Source: a virus | Direction: 5' to 3' (one strand) | DNA: 64,000 bases | IMG/VR virus record: IMGVR_UViG_3300042197_002946 | Coordinates: 64,001 to 128,000 of that record | Shown here: in pieces, positions 34,641 through 45,446 of the stretch | Layout of the letters: every line of letters starts with the position of its first letter | How positions within the stretch are numbered: the first letter of the stretch is position 1 | Translations under genes and position numbers: made by a program | Notes under the pieces: generated by a model | Database searches by the model: none | Told to the model about the DNA's origin: nothing | What the model saw: only the letters and a program-made list of their open reading frames with translations

Positions 34641-37600
34641 ATGGCAGATCCTAGACCTACTGACGAAACAGGCGGCGCATCGGGAACAAATTCTCCGCCA
34701 CAAGATACTACTCCACCAACGCCAGATGCTGACACTCCGGTTGATGAAGCGTCTGGGTCATCAGCAAGCCCACAAGGAGACAAATCAAGTGAAGCCAATA
34801 CCCCTCCTCCGACTAATAGGAAAATTGCAAAAATAAAGTGCAACAAACAAGAGTTCTTTTATCCTGCTTTAAAATATCAATTTGGCCCCACAGAGGCTAT
34901 TCTTATTGAGACTCCGGACCAGTCTGCATATGTAGATGCTTTTGGTCTGGTAACCACGGATTATAACGAAGAGTCTAATAGTGGTAAAGTTATTAATAGA
35001 ATGCGTAAACTATTTGTTAATGCTGATGTTGAAGATGATATGGTTTATATGGATCCTGCTAATCTTGGAGATGCGAGAGCTATTTTATATATTAATAGTG
35101 TAGTAGCCCTGAATGACACGGGTAGTATGGGCGGAGATTCCAATACCAGCCCGTCTTCTAAACTAGTTCCTGTAGCTGCTGCTGAGGAATTTGCTTTATT
35201 TACACGAGCAGGAGCATATGGCACTGCTGCTGGACCAGCATCTGGACTATTAGACATTCTTCTAAAATTAATGTCTCCTCTACAACAGTCTTTTTTAAAA
35301 ATCGGAAATCAATATATACAAAATAATAGTAATAGTGCTCCTAATCTAGGTTCTACATCTAGTGTTTTTGATGCTGGTGGTAGAGTTACCCCATCCGATG
35401 AGCCCAAAACCCTTGCTGAACAAATTACTCAAAGTTTTCATACCTCTAAAAACTTATCTTTATCACCTAAGTCCGCTCTGCCAGGATTTGCAGCCGTACC
35501 ATTAGTATCAAATCAACACGTTTATGGTCCATGGATTAATTATCCAGACAAGCAAAAACAAACTATTTTTCCATTTTTGATTAATGATACTAATCGTAAT
35601 GTTGCTATAGAAAATATGATTGGTCCAATCAATATAGAAGTTGATAATGATTTAGCTCCTTGGAATTATGGTGGTATGTATGCTCTAGATGTTGCGGTAG
35701 AGTTAAAAATACAAGAAAAATCGACCTATCAGCAGTTTTTAGAAACTGGACAAATTAGTGTACCAGGATATCCTATATTTAGTTTGGGAGATGTATTAAC
35801 AGAAAGCACTAGTACTATTTTTAATTATCAACCACTCACCAATTCGTTGGGTGGGGTTAATAGCATCACTATCAATAGAAATCCTAATTTCCAATCACCA
35901 TCATCTAGTAATATTTCTAATATTCAAGTGAATATTGGTACACAAAGCGAAACTACATATACTTTTAGAACATATCAATCTAAATTATCGTTATTTAATA
36001 AAGACAATTCCGACAGGTTAAAGAAACTCATTGTAGAATCTAGAAAAAGACAAAAAGAACAACATCAATTAAGCATTGCTCTTTATGATAGGATGAAGAA
36101 AAAAAATGATTTAACTTTTAAAACTTCCTTTAGAGATTATTTATATGACAGCTTAACTGGTGGTAATAGTCCTGTAGAAATAATGGTAGGGTCTTTTGCT
36201 GCATTCGGCAAACAAATTAATACAGATGCATCATCTGGGAAAGTATCTCCATCAGCAGCGGGGTTGTCGGCCAAGGACAGAACCATAGAAGCTCATCGAG
36301 GACAGGTGGGTATTTTCGACGCTAAAGAAATATCGCGAGAACTAAATAATGCCTATTCGTCTAAATCTATGATGAGCCTGGACGGGTTCTTTTCTCCTGT
36401 TTCGTTCTACCCAACACCCCATTCATCAACCATCAGCTATGTCAAATATGATAGAAAATTCTGTCCTATTTGTAAAGGTAATGGAGTTTATGATAAAGAA
36501 GTTAGTCCTACCATGGGCTATCAAAATCAGGTATTTAAAATAAGATGTGAATACTGCGAAGACAAAAGTAAGCTCCCAGATCTTAAAAACTTCAGCATTG
36601 CTGAAAGTTCTCCTCCTTATATTCTTGCTTCTGGTCTTAGATTAGCGATTCGGGAGCCTACAGGAAATACCACCAATACAGATACTATTATATATGAATA
36701 TATTAGTGATAAAAGCTTAGTCAACAATCCTAAAAAATATTTAGAAGTTTTTGGCAAACGCAATATTAATCTATATAATTTAAATCCTATTATTGTTGCG
36801 TCCGGCGAGTTTAGAAATGTTAATGCTTTAGATAATGATATGAGTGGGCACGGTATAGAAGTTGTGGCCCGAGGAATGATTGCTCCCAAAAACGCCTTAG
36901 ATATTGTAGACAATATTGTAGCTGGAGAAGTTATTGTTAATAATGTTAATGGTAATGTGTTGCACGTATGGAATGATGCTCAAGGAAAGTATGTGCCCAA
37001 TACCTCGATATTTCCTAATAGGCTTTTAGCCAAAGACTTTTTGGATTTAGATTATGAGTTTCGTCGATCATATAATCAAAACGGAGGAGCTGCTGATGCC
37101 GGTAATCCTCAACTACCATTATTGAATCAAAGATTTATGAGTTTCAGAGGACCAATGGTTGTACATGGCTGGGGTTATGACACCGAAGGTTTCCCCGTAC
37201 CCAATGCTTCTGGCGAACCCAAGATGGTAGACAGCTTTGGTCGTCCACACAGAACAAAAGATTTAAAAACATATGGCTCTTTCGATCCTCAAAGTATTGA
37301 TGCTGGGGATATTATTATTGGTAGAAATCAAGTTTGGGACGCTGTCAAAAGAGAGTGGTCTAAGCCATACAAAGAAATGGCGTTTTTAGAAAAATGGGGC
37401 CAAACTCCGGAAAAATGGCCTGTTGGTCCTATTGATTTAAGATGGGATGCTGATAGAAGAGTATGGGTTGCTCCACAGCCCCCAAAAAATGTTTATGTTA
37501 TTCTAGAAGAAGATTTGGTCCTAGAACGCAATTCTAGATCAACCTATCCGGCCAGAGGCTTTTTGGACGATATACAATTTTCTAAAGATCCTTTACCAGT

Positions 37601-37928
37601 AGGCTTAAGGAGAGTGGTCTTTGTAAAGGATTACTCAGGATATACTGCTCCACGAGGAGCCAAGCTATATTGTAAATATAACGGAGACACTGGATTTTAT
37701 GAGCCCATTTCAAAGCCTCAAATTATTGCTTCCGGAGTTATCCAGCAAGGCTTTAATGCTACTATTTATTCGACATACGCAGTACCTAATAATACAAGAA
37801 CTCAGGACGTTACCAAAATTAATATACAGTTCGTTAATCATTTGAATTTAGAAGCCAAGCCCAATCATAGAGCCCTGTTTATCTATATGGAGGGAGCCTG
37901 GAGTTTAATGACTGTAGGAAGACCATGA
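34641..37928 (+). CDS. Putative tail-associated protein with CxxCxGxG...CxxC zinc finger
   Basis: 1095 aa; disordered P/T/S N-terminus; CPICKGNG...CEYC. Confidence 0.45.
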   Translation: MADPRPTDETGGASGTNSPPQDTTPPTPDADTPVDEASGSSASPQGDKSSEANTPPPTNRKIAKIKCNKQEFFYPALKYQFGPTEAILIETPDQSAYVDAFGLVTTDYNEESNSGKVINRMRKLFVNADVEDDMVYMDPANLGDARAILYINSVVALNDTGSMGGDSNTSPSSKLVPVAAAEEFALFTRAGAYGTAAGPASGLLDILLKLMSPLQQSFLKIGNQYIQNNSNSAPNLGSTSSVFDAGGRVTPSDEPKTLAEQITQSFHTSKNLSLSPKSALPGFAAVPLVSNQHVYGPWINYPDKQKQTIFPFLINDTNRNVAIENMIGPINIEVDNDLAPWNYGGMYALDVAVELKIQEKSTYQQFLETGQISVPGYPIFSLGDVLTESTSTIFNYQPLTNSLGGVNSITINRNPNFQSPSSSNISNIQVNIGTQSETTYTFRTYQSKLSLFNKDNSDRLKKLIVESRKRQKEQHQLSIALYDRMKKKNDLTFKTSFRDYLYDSLTGGNSPVEIMVGSFAAFGKQINTDASSGKVSPSAAGLSAKDRTIEAHRGQVGIFDAKEISRELNNAYSSKSMMSLDGFFSPVSFYPTPHSSTISYVKYDRKFCPICKGNGVYDKEVSPTMGYQNQVFKIRCEYCEDKSKLPDLKNFSIAESSPPYILASGLRLAIREPTGNTTNTDTIIYEYISDKSLVNNPKKYLEVFGKRNINLYNLNPIIVASGEFRNVNALDNDMSGHGIEVVARGMIAPKNALDIVDNIVAGEVIVNNVNGNVLHVWNDAQGKYVPNTSIFPNRLLAKDFLDLDYEFRRSYNQNGGAADAGNPQLPLLNQRFMSFRGPMVVHGWGYDTEGFPVPNASGEPKMVDSFGRPHRTKDLKTYGSFDPQSIDAGDIIIGRNQVWDAVKREWSKPYKEMAFLEKWGQTPEKWPVGPIDLRWDADRRVWVAPQPPKNVYVILEEDLVLERNSRSTYPARGFLDDIQFSKDPLPVGLRRVVFVKDYSGYTAPRGAKLYCKYNGDTGFYEPISKPQIIASGVIQQGFNATIYSTYAVPNNTRTQDVTKINIQFVNHLNLEAKPNHRALFIYMEGAWSLMTVGRP

Positions 37929-38308
37929 TAGAGAATATAGAATCTATAGCTTATGATAATGTAGAACTATTAAATGATAGTGCTTTTATTATTGAAGCTC
38001 ATAGATTAATAGATAATCATATTGAAAATATCAAACAGCAACTTATTACTGCTATAGCAATTCAAACCAATAAAACTCAAAAATTAGAGTTCAGAGATTT
38101 GGTTATATCCGAAACAGAAAATTTCTTGGAACAATTTAAAAACGAATTCAAACAAGCCATAGCCGTGTTATCTCACTTATCTGATGTAGAGAATAAAGCT
38201 AATTTAGCGACTGCTATGGATTGGTATAAAAATATTAATGAAAAAATCACCAATGAATTGTATCAGGTGCTTACTATATTATTGAATAAAATAAATACGC
38301 TGGAATAA
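37925..38308 (+). CDS. Hypothetical helical protein
   Basis: 127 aa, ATGA overlap with upstream gene, amphipathic helical pattern. Confidence 0.5.
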   Translation: MIENIESIAYDNVELLNDSAFIIEAHRLIDNHIENIKQQLITAIAIQTNKTQKLEFRDLVISETENFLEQFKNEFKQAIAVLSHLSDVENKANLATAMDWYKNINEKITNELYQVLTILLNKINTLE

Positions 38309-38310
38309 TT

Positions 38311-41300
38311 ATGGCTACTAACCCCGTCAGATTTGAAGCTACAGCATTTGTTGCTACCGCACAACAATTACTTTCTATAGCCGCACAAAATGTTTATAAC
38401 TCTTATCCACCATATAATTTAGACATATACAATAGCTATATTCAGCAAACCAGATTGCCAGCTCCTCCTAGGTTTATTCCTAGACCTATTCCATCTCCTT
38501 TATCAGCCGATCAGACTATCCCCATTTTGAAGCCCAATATTCAAAATAAAATTGAAGGAGATATGTTATCATATGGGAATCATCATTGTGATATTTTTGC
38601 ATCAGATTGGGACTATGATCTAGATTGGGATTCTTTACAAGAGAATCAAATTACTATTAATCAACTATTACAATCACAAATTACCCAATATAGTCCAGCT
38701 ATTAGCGGTATATGGAGACCATTCTTTTTATATGTTGATGCTCAAAATAAATCTATTAAAAATACTTTTGTAACCCGTTCGGCTTCTGCTCAGGAAGATA
38801 CCTATGAGGCTGGATTAAAATGGGAAAATTTTATTACTATACAAAATCCGACATTAAAAAACTGGTTATTAAGCGGAGGCACAACATTTAAGATAGACTG
38901 GAAAATAGATAAAGATAATTTTTTAACTGCACCAGTATTAGGGCTATTATTTTGGTATAGATATTATGATGTTAATAGAGAGACTAATATTAAAAAAACA
39001 TATGAAATTAAACCGTATACAGAAACAGTATCTCAGTTAGATCTACCAGGCATTAGATATAATAATATAGATTATGTAGCACAAACTGGTTTAACAGAAT
39101 ATGCGAATACAGCTTCTCATGTGAATGTAGAAAGATACGGTTTACATTCTGAACTAGTCAGCGGTGACAGAGTATTGATCAAAGAGGCTGGCAAAGATTA
39201 TATTTATGAAGTTAATGAGGGCTATTGGGAAAATTTAGGAGAAAAACGATTTATTAACGGGGTGGACATTTATGTTCCGGAAGATCAGTTTACTGTATAC
39301 TTTGAGAGCGTAGCCGATAAGGACGACTGGTTCGGAGGAAAACCTGATGAGATAAGTAGTTTTTCCTATCCTAAGACTAGTCTAAAAACAAAAGATATAG
39401 ATAAATACTCTAATATGCTTAATAAATTATTAAACTTTGAAGATAATATTGGTTTACAAAATTTATTTCAATTATCTCCAGCAGGCCCAGAAAATGATTC
39501 TACAAGCTCTGATGATGACGAAGATGAGGAAGAACCATCTTTTATTGCGGGTATTTATTTGGATAAACAACAACAAGCTGATTACATAGCAGTTAAAAAC
39601 TTAGCAAGATTTTTATGTACAGCACCTGTTGCTAACTCAGAATATATTAAAGCTACAACTATTAATCTTAGTAATCTAAATTTTAAAAACTTTGCCAATA
39701 TTTATGCTGTCAAAACCGACTTAGAAAATATTTTTGGATACAATATATCTCAACCTTCTGTTACTGTGGGTGATCGTATCACACAACCTATGCTGGGGAA
39801 TGTTCCCATGAAAGCAGGTAGTGCTGCCCCAAGCATTATGACCTCTGAATATACTGCAAATATCAAAGCCCAAAATGGATTATTGAAATCTTTTGATCAA
39901 AATTTCATCTATACAAAAAAAGACTTGCTAAGAGCATTATTCCAAAAGAATAAAAAGAATAGATTTATAGAATTTCCTAAAGGACAAAAAACCAAACTAG
40001 TATCTAAATTTAACATAAACGAGCCTCATTTGCGCATCGTAATGGATTTTCAGGATGTCAAAACATTAGGAGTAAGAAACTTCCAGACAGGTGACACGGT
40101 AGACGGTGATGGTCTTGGTGGGGTGTGGTACAAACAAAGAATCAATGTTGCTGGATTAGAATTATATACCAGATTAAAATTTCCTGACGAAAGCGCTCTT
40201 GGACCTAATGAAAAAGAAGCGTTGGTGCTGAAATATATAGACAAAAATAATCAGGATGACAATAAAACAGAAGTGCCGATTATTATGGCTAGCGATACTA
40301 TCAATAGCTCTAAAGAATATTATAATCAAGTTATTAATAGCGTATACGAAAAATTTGGTATAGCTAGACTATTTCAACAAAAATATAATTTGGAAAATAG
40401 CTTATTAATAAGCGATAATTCTGGTGAGTATTATGATGTATTGTTAACTAATAATAATGGTCAATCTCTCAAAATATTTAAAAATACCACTTACCAAGAA
40501 AACCAAACTTTTGATAATGCTGTTCGTTTTTTTAAATACACAATCGACGAATATGCTAAAAATGTTCCCAAATTTGAAGAGACGAATAGGCTGGTGGAGC
40601 AAAGATTCAACGAAAGAGCCACTGGATCCAAAGGCGGAATATTACCAAATATTAAAGAAGTATACATGCATAGGATTGGTGGGTTTTATTTACAAGATAT
40701 TTCTTTTTTAACTGTAGGAGTAAATAAATTTTGGAGGTCTAGGACAGCCCCTGCGCCCATAGGACAAGCACAATACTTTTTACCCAAAAGCATCAGAGCA
40801 GACATCGCTGCAAAACCTCTTGATAGTAAAAACATTACCATAGAATTTGAATGTGGTAAAGACACAACAATAGAATTATATGGAATTAATGTTACTAGCC
40901 TTAGGGACGACACCTTGGAAAGAGCCTCTTGCAGACCATTTCCTAATAAAATTCCAGTTTATGGTGATGAGATTAGCGTTTACAATGCTGCCATAGGTTT
41001 TGATTTTAATGAATCTAGTCATTTATTAAGCACACAATTTGCACCACCCATAGTAGCATACGGTGGACATAGATCGGAAGATATTGATGTGCTAGGATTA
41101 AATATACCAGGACATCCCAAACCAATTAGTGCCACTAACAGTAACTATTTGATCAAACAAGAAAATATTCTACCACAAGCCGCTAAAAATTCATCCTACT
41201 ATAATCGCAATCAAGATCAATTAACTACAGCGGCTAGATCTATTGGTAGAAGTGTTTTGAGAGATAAATCTTTAGTAAAATGTTTTTTAACACCAACCAA

Positions 41301-44300
41301 TTTTACTAACGAAATTACATTTAGAAAAGGTTTTTTTCATCCAAATAAAGGATGGATCGACTATACCGTACTTCCGCCTGATTTGCAAAATAAAACTGCA
41401 GCCAAGAGCATAAGCGATTCTCCTTGTAGGATATATACTGGCGCAGGAGCTTTGTTTAGAGAATTAACTCTGACCGTAGCAGACGACAATGCTAAACCAG
41501 ACATTCCTACGAAAGGTAAAGACTACAGTATTATTACTAGAGACCCTATGGAAATATACGGCGATGGAAATAGGGCTGCGAGAGCTTTTCCTAATATATT
41601 GACTATAGATCTTGATCCAAATACTAATTTTATTACACATATAAGCGCTACGCTTAAAAATTTAACACATCCTGTACCCAAAGAATTAAAAATTGCATTA
41701 TTTGATTCTCTGGAACAACGATGGATAGCTTTCAATTATATTAAGGCTGAGTTAGAAGCTAGAATGAATAATAAGGCTGCTCAAGAAGATCCAAACTTTC
41801 AGGCCAAAATACAAAAACAAATTGCCAGAGAAAAAAACGCATGGATCGGATCATGGGAAACTAAGCCTCGAACATCTCCTAGGCATTTATTATTTCATTC
41901 GTCTCTATTAAATTATAGTAGTAATTTTAATGCATTCTTTACTAATTTTTCACGCAAAAATATAGATTATGCTTTTAGTAATGATTTTATAGCCCCGGCA
42001 CAAAGTTTAGACTATTATATTGGTACTAGCGCTACATATACTGGTTTTTGGAATTATGATGGGCCAATCCCTGATGGAATTAACCCTGATGATATAGATG
42101 CAGGAACGCCGCCTCCTGAAGCCCCTCCATTTGTAGGAGAACCCTCCACAGAGGTAGGTAAAACATGGGGTATATCTGCATCCGATATGGGAGCCGAGGA
42201 CGAAGGCGGTTCGTGTTTGGACTTACAAGTATGTACCGGATGTCCTGTGGCTGGATATACTCAATCTTATATTTTTAATCGTTTTCATTACAATAATGAA
42301 ACATTTAATATGGGTTATCCTGCTGGATATAATTTTATTGCTAATTTTAGAAATAAAAAACATCTGTTACCACCCATCAATTTAGATGCTCCATACACTA
42401 CTATAAATCCAGAATACCCAAAACAGAATGTTGGATCTTCTTCAGCTTATGGAGTGCAATTAGGATGTATCCCACAACCGGATCCTCCTAGGCCACGAGA
42501 AACTGTTTTACCAGAATTTAAGCCAGAGCCTATTTTTGTACCTCCCTTTCATCCATCTATTGTTGGACTCTTAACCTATATGGGTATCGCAAATGCTCTA
42601 CAGGCTCAAGGCTATGGCTGGGATTTGGGTTTTTTAACTGGTGTATTTTTTCCAAGCCCATTTTATTTTGGTACTACCAGAAGAGAAAAATTGGGCAGAT
42701 ATATGGAGAATAAGGGATATCTTCAAATCGAAGGATCGACAGACGATGCTAAACAGCTTTTTGGCTTTCAGGTTCGTGATATAGGCTTGTACGACGATGC
42801 TCCATTTGGCCAAGCAGACAAAGTTCAGCTAGAAATCAAACATCCTAATGGATTATGGTATAATGTAGAAGCTGATATATTTAAGTATTCTTCTCATTGT
42901 TCCCCGGTATTGGAGAATACTAAATTCAATTATTTGAAACATAATAAATATTTAACAGAGGATGAGTCCGAAGACCAGAATTTTACCAAACCATTGAGTT
43001 ATCCAGGCTTTGATTTTCATGTTAATTCTATGCTTAATACTGACAGAATGAGTATAGATGGAGTAAGAGCATATTATAGTTTTATGAAGGGAGAGGTAGT
43101 GGAGCTGAACTACAAAACTATTTATACTGCTATTACATCGCAAGATCAAGGGAATTGTGTTGAATGTAAGAAAACCGAGAAGATAGAATCTCATAAAATT
43201 AATATTACTATTAAAGATATTTATATTGAAACTATTAATAATCCATGGTATAAGGAAACAGAGATTAAAGTACAAGACCCTTCTGTAATAGAAGTTAGCT
43301 TAAAACCACCAGAAATACTATATCCTGACGACTTCATTGATGAAACATCTAATGTTTCTAAAATTGTCAATCCTAGAGTTATTATTCAATTTGAACCACC
43401 TATAGATTTAACCAATAATGATCCTAATTCCGTTGGACCAAAAGCCTATTTAGAAGGGGTTATTCACAAAGCTGCTACAGGGAGTCAATGTACGTCCTTT
43501 TTATTATTTGACCCTATCGTGACAGATGGTAAAATTGCACCTAGTGGAAACATTAATTATAAAAGAGGAGAAAACGATACTTCTGAACCATTTATGTATG
43601 CTGGAGACAAAGAAATTGGAGGGCTAACATATAGCAATAATGCTGATATAGTCAACTTTGGTAAATGGTCAAATGTTAGGGACAGGAATTTGGGCACTTT
43701 TACATCATCATATATTTTTGATCAATTATATGCTGAGGGAGGACTAGGCTGGGGTACTAATTTAATCAAACCGGAGTCTTTACCAGTCATAGGGAATCAA
43801 GAAAAATATCCTACATTATTAGATTTAGATTATCACTATAGCAAAACAAATTATTGTGGTAGGGTTAAATTTACAAAAGGCTATGACCCAACAAAAACAC
43901 ATACAGGATATGTTAAATTTAATCCTAGATTAGTATACAACGGTATGGCTAAGCACCCATATACTCAAACCAGAGAAGATAATTTAATTTCATTTACTGG
44001 CTATCCTAGACCTCTGGATATTATTCCTAATAGAATTTATGCGCATAATGTTTTAAATATATCTGAACAAAATGCTTCTGTTTTAAATATAGATGCTGGA
44101 GAAATGCATCAAAGATATAAGTATAATCCAGAAACATTAGATTATTATCTACCTTTCTATGACTTAACTTTAGACAATCAGATTTTAGACGAGGATTTGG
44201 CATCTCAGAAACCAGCCAAACAAGGACAGATATCAGCATCTAGCGGTATTATACAAATAGAAAATATATTTAATAATAAAAAAGCTATAATTTATGATAA

Positions 44301-45036
44301 TAATTATTATTGGATTAGTATTCCTGCTGAAGCCACCGGAGTTATTAGTGGATCATCTAAAATACCAGTAGCTGTGATACAAAAATGTTTTCATTCTAAA
44401 GCCACATTCTCTTTCTGTTCAAATATGTGTAATACCGAAGGTCGTGGTCCTGTATGGCCTGATTTTGATAAAACAGATACCAATTCACATGAAAGTATTT
44501 ATAAACTTCCAAGCGAGTCCGTACCAAGAGCCACAGACGTTACATACGAAGAAAGACAAACCAAACAAACCTACTACGTTGGTTGTGGAGAGACATCTAA
44601 CGATTCTCTGGTTAGAATGGATGTTATACAGGTCTATGAGGTTCCTGTGCAGAGCCATACATATGTGCCGGTTTCTGAGCTATTAGCCGAACCCAATGAG
44701 ATCACTGTAAGATTTAAATATTTGCCACGTAAAATACCAACAGATTTTAAGGTTACATTAGGCAATAATATTGTTAATCAAAGCCAGCTATATTTATGGG
44801 AATGTCATAAAACTAATGTCAGACACTTGTATAATTCTACAACAATTACCAATACTCCTCCGTTCTATCAGATTCTTAATGAGATGATTTTTCGATCATG
44901 GTTTGGAGAAAGACAAAAAATATCATTACAAGAAACCTATGATAGACAAATTTTTATGACACAGAACCATTACAAATGGGTTCCTTACGATTATGATGAT
45001 AGTGGAAAGTTTACCAGTGAGAGAAATATTCAATGA
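38311..45036 (+). CDS. Giant (2241 aa) putative virion protein with proprotein-convertase P-domain-like segment
   Basis: ITHISATLKNLTHPVPKELKIAL...GKTWGISASDMGAEDEGG resembles the P-domain pattern; GDRVLIKE structural motif. Confidence 0.5.
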   Translation: MATNPVRFEATAFVATAQQLLSIAAQNVYNSYPPYNLDIYNSYIQQTRLPAPPRFIPRPIPSPLSADQTIPILKPNIQNKIEGDMLSYGNHHCDIFASDWDYDLDWDSLQENQITINQLLQSQITQYSPAISGIWRPFFLYVDAQNKSIKNTFVTRSASAQEDTYEAGLKWENFITIQNPTLKNWLLSGGTTFKIDWKIDKDNFLTAPVLGLLFWYRYYDVNRETNIKKTYEIKPYTETVSQLDLPGIRYNNIDYVAQTGLTEYANTASHVNVERYGLHSELVSGDRVLIKEAGKDYIYEVNEGYWENLGEKRFINGVDIYVPEDQFTVYFESVADKDDWFGGKPDEISSFSYPKTSLKTKDIDKYSNMLNKLLNFEDNIGLQNLFQLSPAGPENDSTSSDDDEDEEEPSFIAGIYLDKQQQADYIAVKNLARFLCTAPVANSEYIKATTINLSNLNFKNFANIYAVKTDLENIFGYNISQPSVTVGDRITQPMLGNVPMKAGSAAPSIMTSEYTANIKAQNGLLKSFDQNFIYTKKDLLRALFQKNKKNRFIEFPKGQKTKLVSKFNINEPHLRIVMDFQDVKTLGVRNFQTGDTVDGDGLGGVWYKQRINVAGLELYTRLKFPDESALGPNEKEALVLKYIDKNNQDDNKTEVPIIMASDTINSSKEYYNQVINSVYEKFGIARLFQQKYNLENSLLISDNSGEYYDVLLTNNNGQSLKIFKNTTYQENQTFDNAVRFFKYTIDEYAKNVPKFEETNRLVEQRFNERATGSKGGILPNIKEVYMHRIGGFYLQDISFLTVGVNKFWRSRTAPAPIGQAQYFLPKSIRADIAAKPLDSKNITIEFECGKDTTIELYGINVTSLRDDTLERASCRPFPNKIPVYGDEISVYNAAIGFDFNESSHLLSTQFAPPIVAYGGHRSEDIDVLGLNIPGHPKPISATNSNYLIKQENILPQAAKNSSYYNRNQDQLTTAARSIGRSVLRDKSLVKCFLTPTNFTNEITFRKGFFHPNKGWIDYTVLPPDLQNKTAAKSISDSPCRIYTGAGALFRELTLTVADDNAKPDIPTKGKDYSIITRDPMEIYGDGNRAARAFPNILTIDLDPNTNFITHISATLKNLTHPVPKELKIALFDSLEQRWIAFNYIKAELEARMNNKAAQEDPNFQAKIQKQIAREKNAWIGSWETKPRTSPRHLLFHSSLLNYSSNFNAFFTNFSRKNIDYAFSNDFIAPAQSLDYYIGTSATYTGFWNYDGPIPDGINPDDIDAGTPPPEAPPFVGEPSTEVGKTWGISASDMGAEDEGGSCLDLQVCTGCPVAGYTQSYIFNRFHYNNETFNMGYPAGYNFIANFRNKKHLLPPINLDAPYTTINPEYPKQNVGSSSAYGVQLGCIPQPDPPRPRETVLPEFKPEPIFVPPFHPSIVGLLTYMGIANALQAQGYGWDLGFLTGVFFPSPFYFGTTRREKLGRYMENKGYLQIEGSTDDAKQLFGFQVRDIGLYDDAPFGQADKVQLEIKHPNGLWYNVEADIFKYSSHCSPVLENTKFNYLKHNKYLTEDESEDQNFTKPLSYPGFDFHVNSMLNTDRMSIDGVRAYYSFMKGEVVELNYKTIYTAITSQDQGNCVECKKTEKIESHKINITIKDIYIETINNPWYKETEIKVQDPSVIEVSLKPPEILYPDDFIDETSNVSKIVNPRVIIQFEPPIDLTNNDPNSVGPKAYLEGVIHKAATGSQCTSFLLFDPIVTDGKIAPSGNINYKRGENDTSEPFMYAGDKEIGGLTYSNNADIVNFGKWSNVRDRNLGTFTSSYIFDQLYAEGGLGWGTNLIKPESLPVIGNQEKYPTLLDLDYHYSKTNYCGRVKFTKGYDPTKTHTGYVKFNPRLVYNGMAKHPYTQTREDNLISFTGYPRPLDIIPNRIYAHNVLNISEQNASVLNIDAGEMHQRYKYNPETLDYYLPFYDLTLDNQILDEDLASQKPAKQGQISASSGIIQIENIFNNKKAIIYDNNYYWISIPAEATGVISGSSKIPVAVIQKCFHSKATFSFCSNMCNTEGRGPVWPDFDKTDTNSHESIYKLPSESVPRATDVTYEERQTKQTYYVGCGETSNDSLVRMDVIQVYEVPVQSHTYVPVSELLAEPNEITVRFKYLPRKIPTDFKVTLGNNIVNQSQLYLWECHKTNVRHLYNSTTITNTPPFYQILNEMIFRSWFGERQKISLQETYDRQIFMTQNHYKWVPYDYDDSGKFTSERNIQ

Positions 45037-45446
45037 ATGTATATGATTTAATGTGTGAATTTATTAGAATAGAACAATTTAAATACAAGTGTAGACTATG
45101 CGGATCTGTTGCTATGAGTTTTGATCCTCTGGAGTATCCATCTATTATATGTTCAAAAAAAATAGAGCTATTTCCTCCTGATCAATATGGTATTCAATTC
45201 AAACCCATAGATCCCGAAATGAGTACAGAAACCCAAATAAAAGAGGATCAGGCTATAGATGATATAAAGAAATGTTTAACAGAAGAAATAGAACATAGAT
45301 TTACCATATGTTCTAGTTGTGAATATTATAAAAATAGTACTTGTGAAAAATGTGGATGCTATGCTGTTAGAGATAAAATATATATGAATAAACTTGCATG
45401 GAAAGATCAGGAGTGTCCCATTGGTAAGTGGAAAAAACTGATCTAA
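45033..45446 (+). CDS. Small Cys-rich (metal-binding) phage protein
   Basis: CRLC...RFTICSSC...CEKCGC...KL....ECPIGKW, a common phage Cys-rich family (DUF6171-like). Confidence 0.6.
   Translation: MNVYDLMCEFIRIEQFKYKCRLCGSVAMSFDPLEYPSIICSKKIELFPPDQYGIQFKPIDPEMSTETQIKEDQAIDDIKKCLTEEIEHRFTICSSCEYYKNSTCEKCGCYAVRDKIYMNKLAWKDQECPIGKWKKLI

Noticed and set aside
34600-34645. Programmed frameshift fusing the 30515 and 34641 ORFs
   Set aside because: The downstream frame has an in-frame TAA at 34632-34 just before its ATG, and there is no clear slippery site; treated as separate genes.
1-45446. Eukaryotic or giant-virus origin suggested by mucin and RCC1 repeats
   Set aside because: Bacterial-type DnaE, SSB, TOPRIM primase, sigma70 promoter, SD sites and overlapping operonic genes indicate a bacteriophage.
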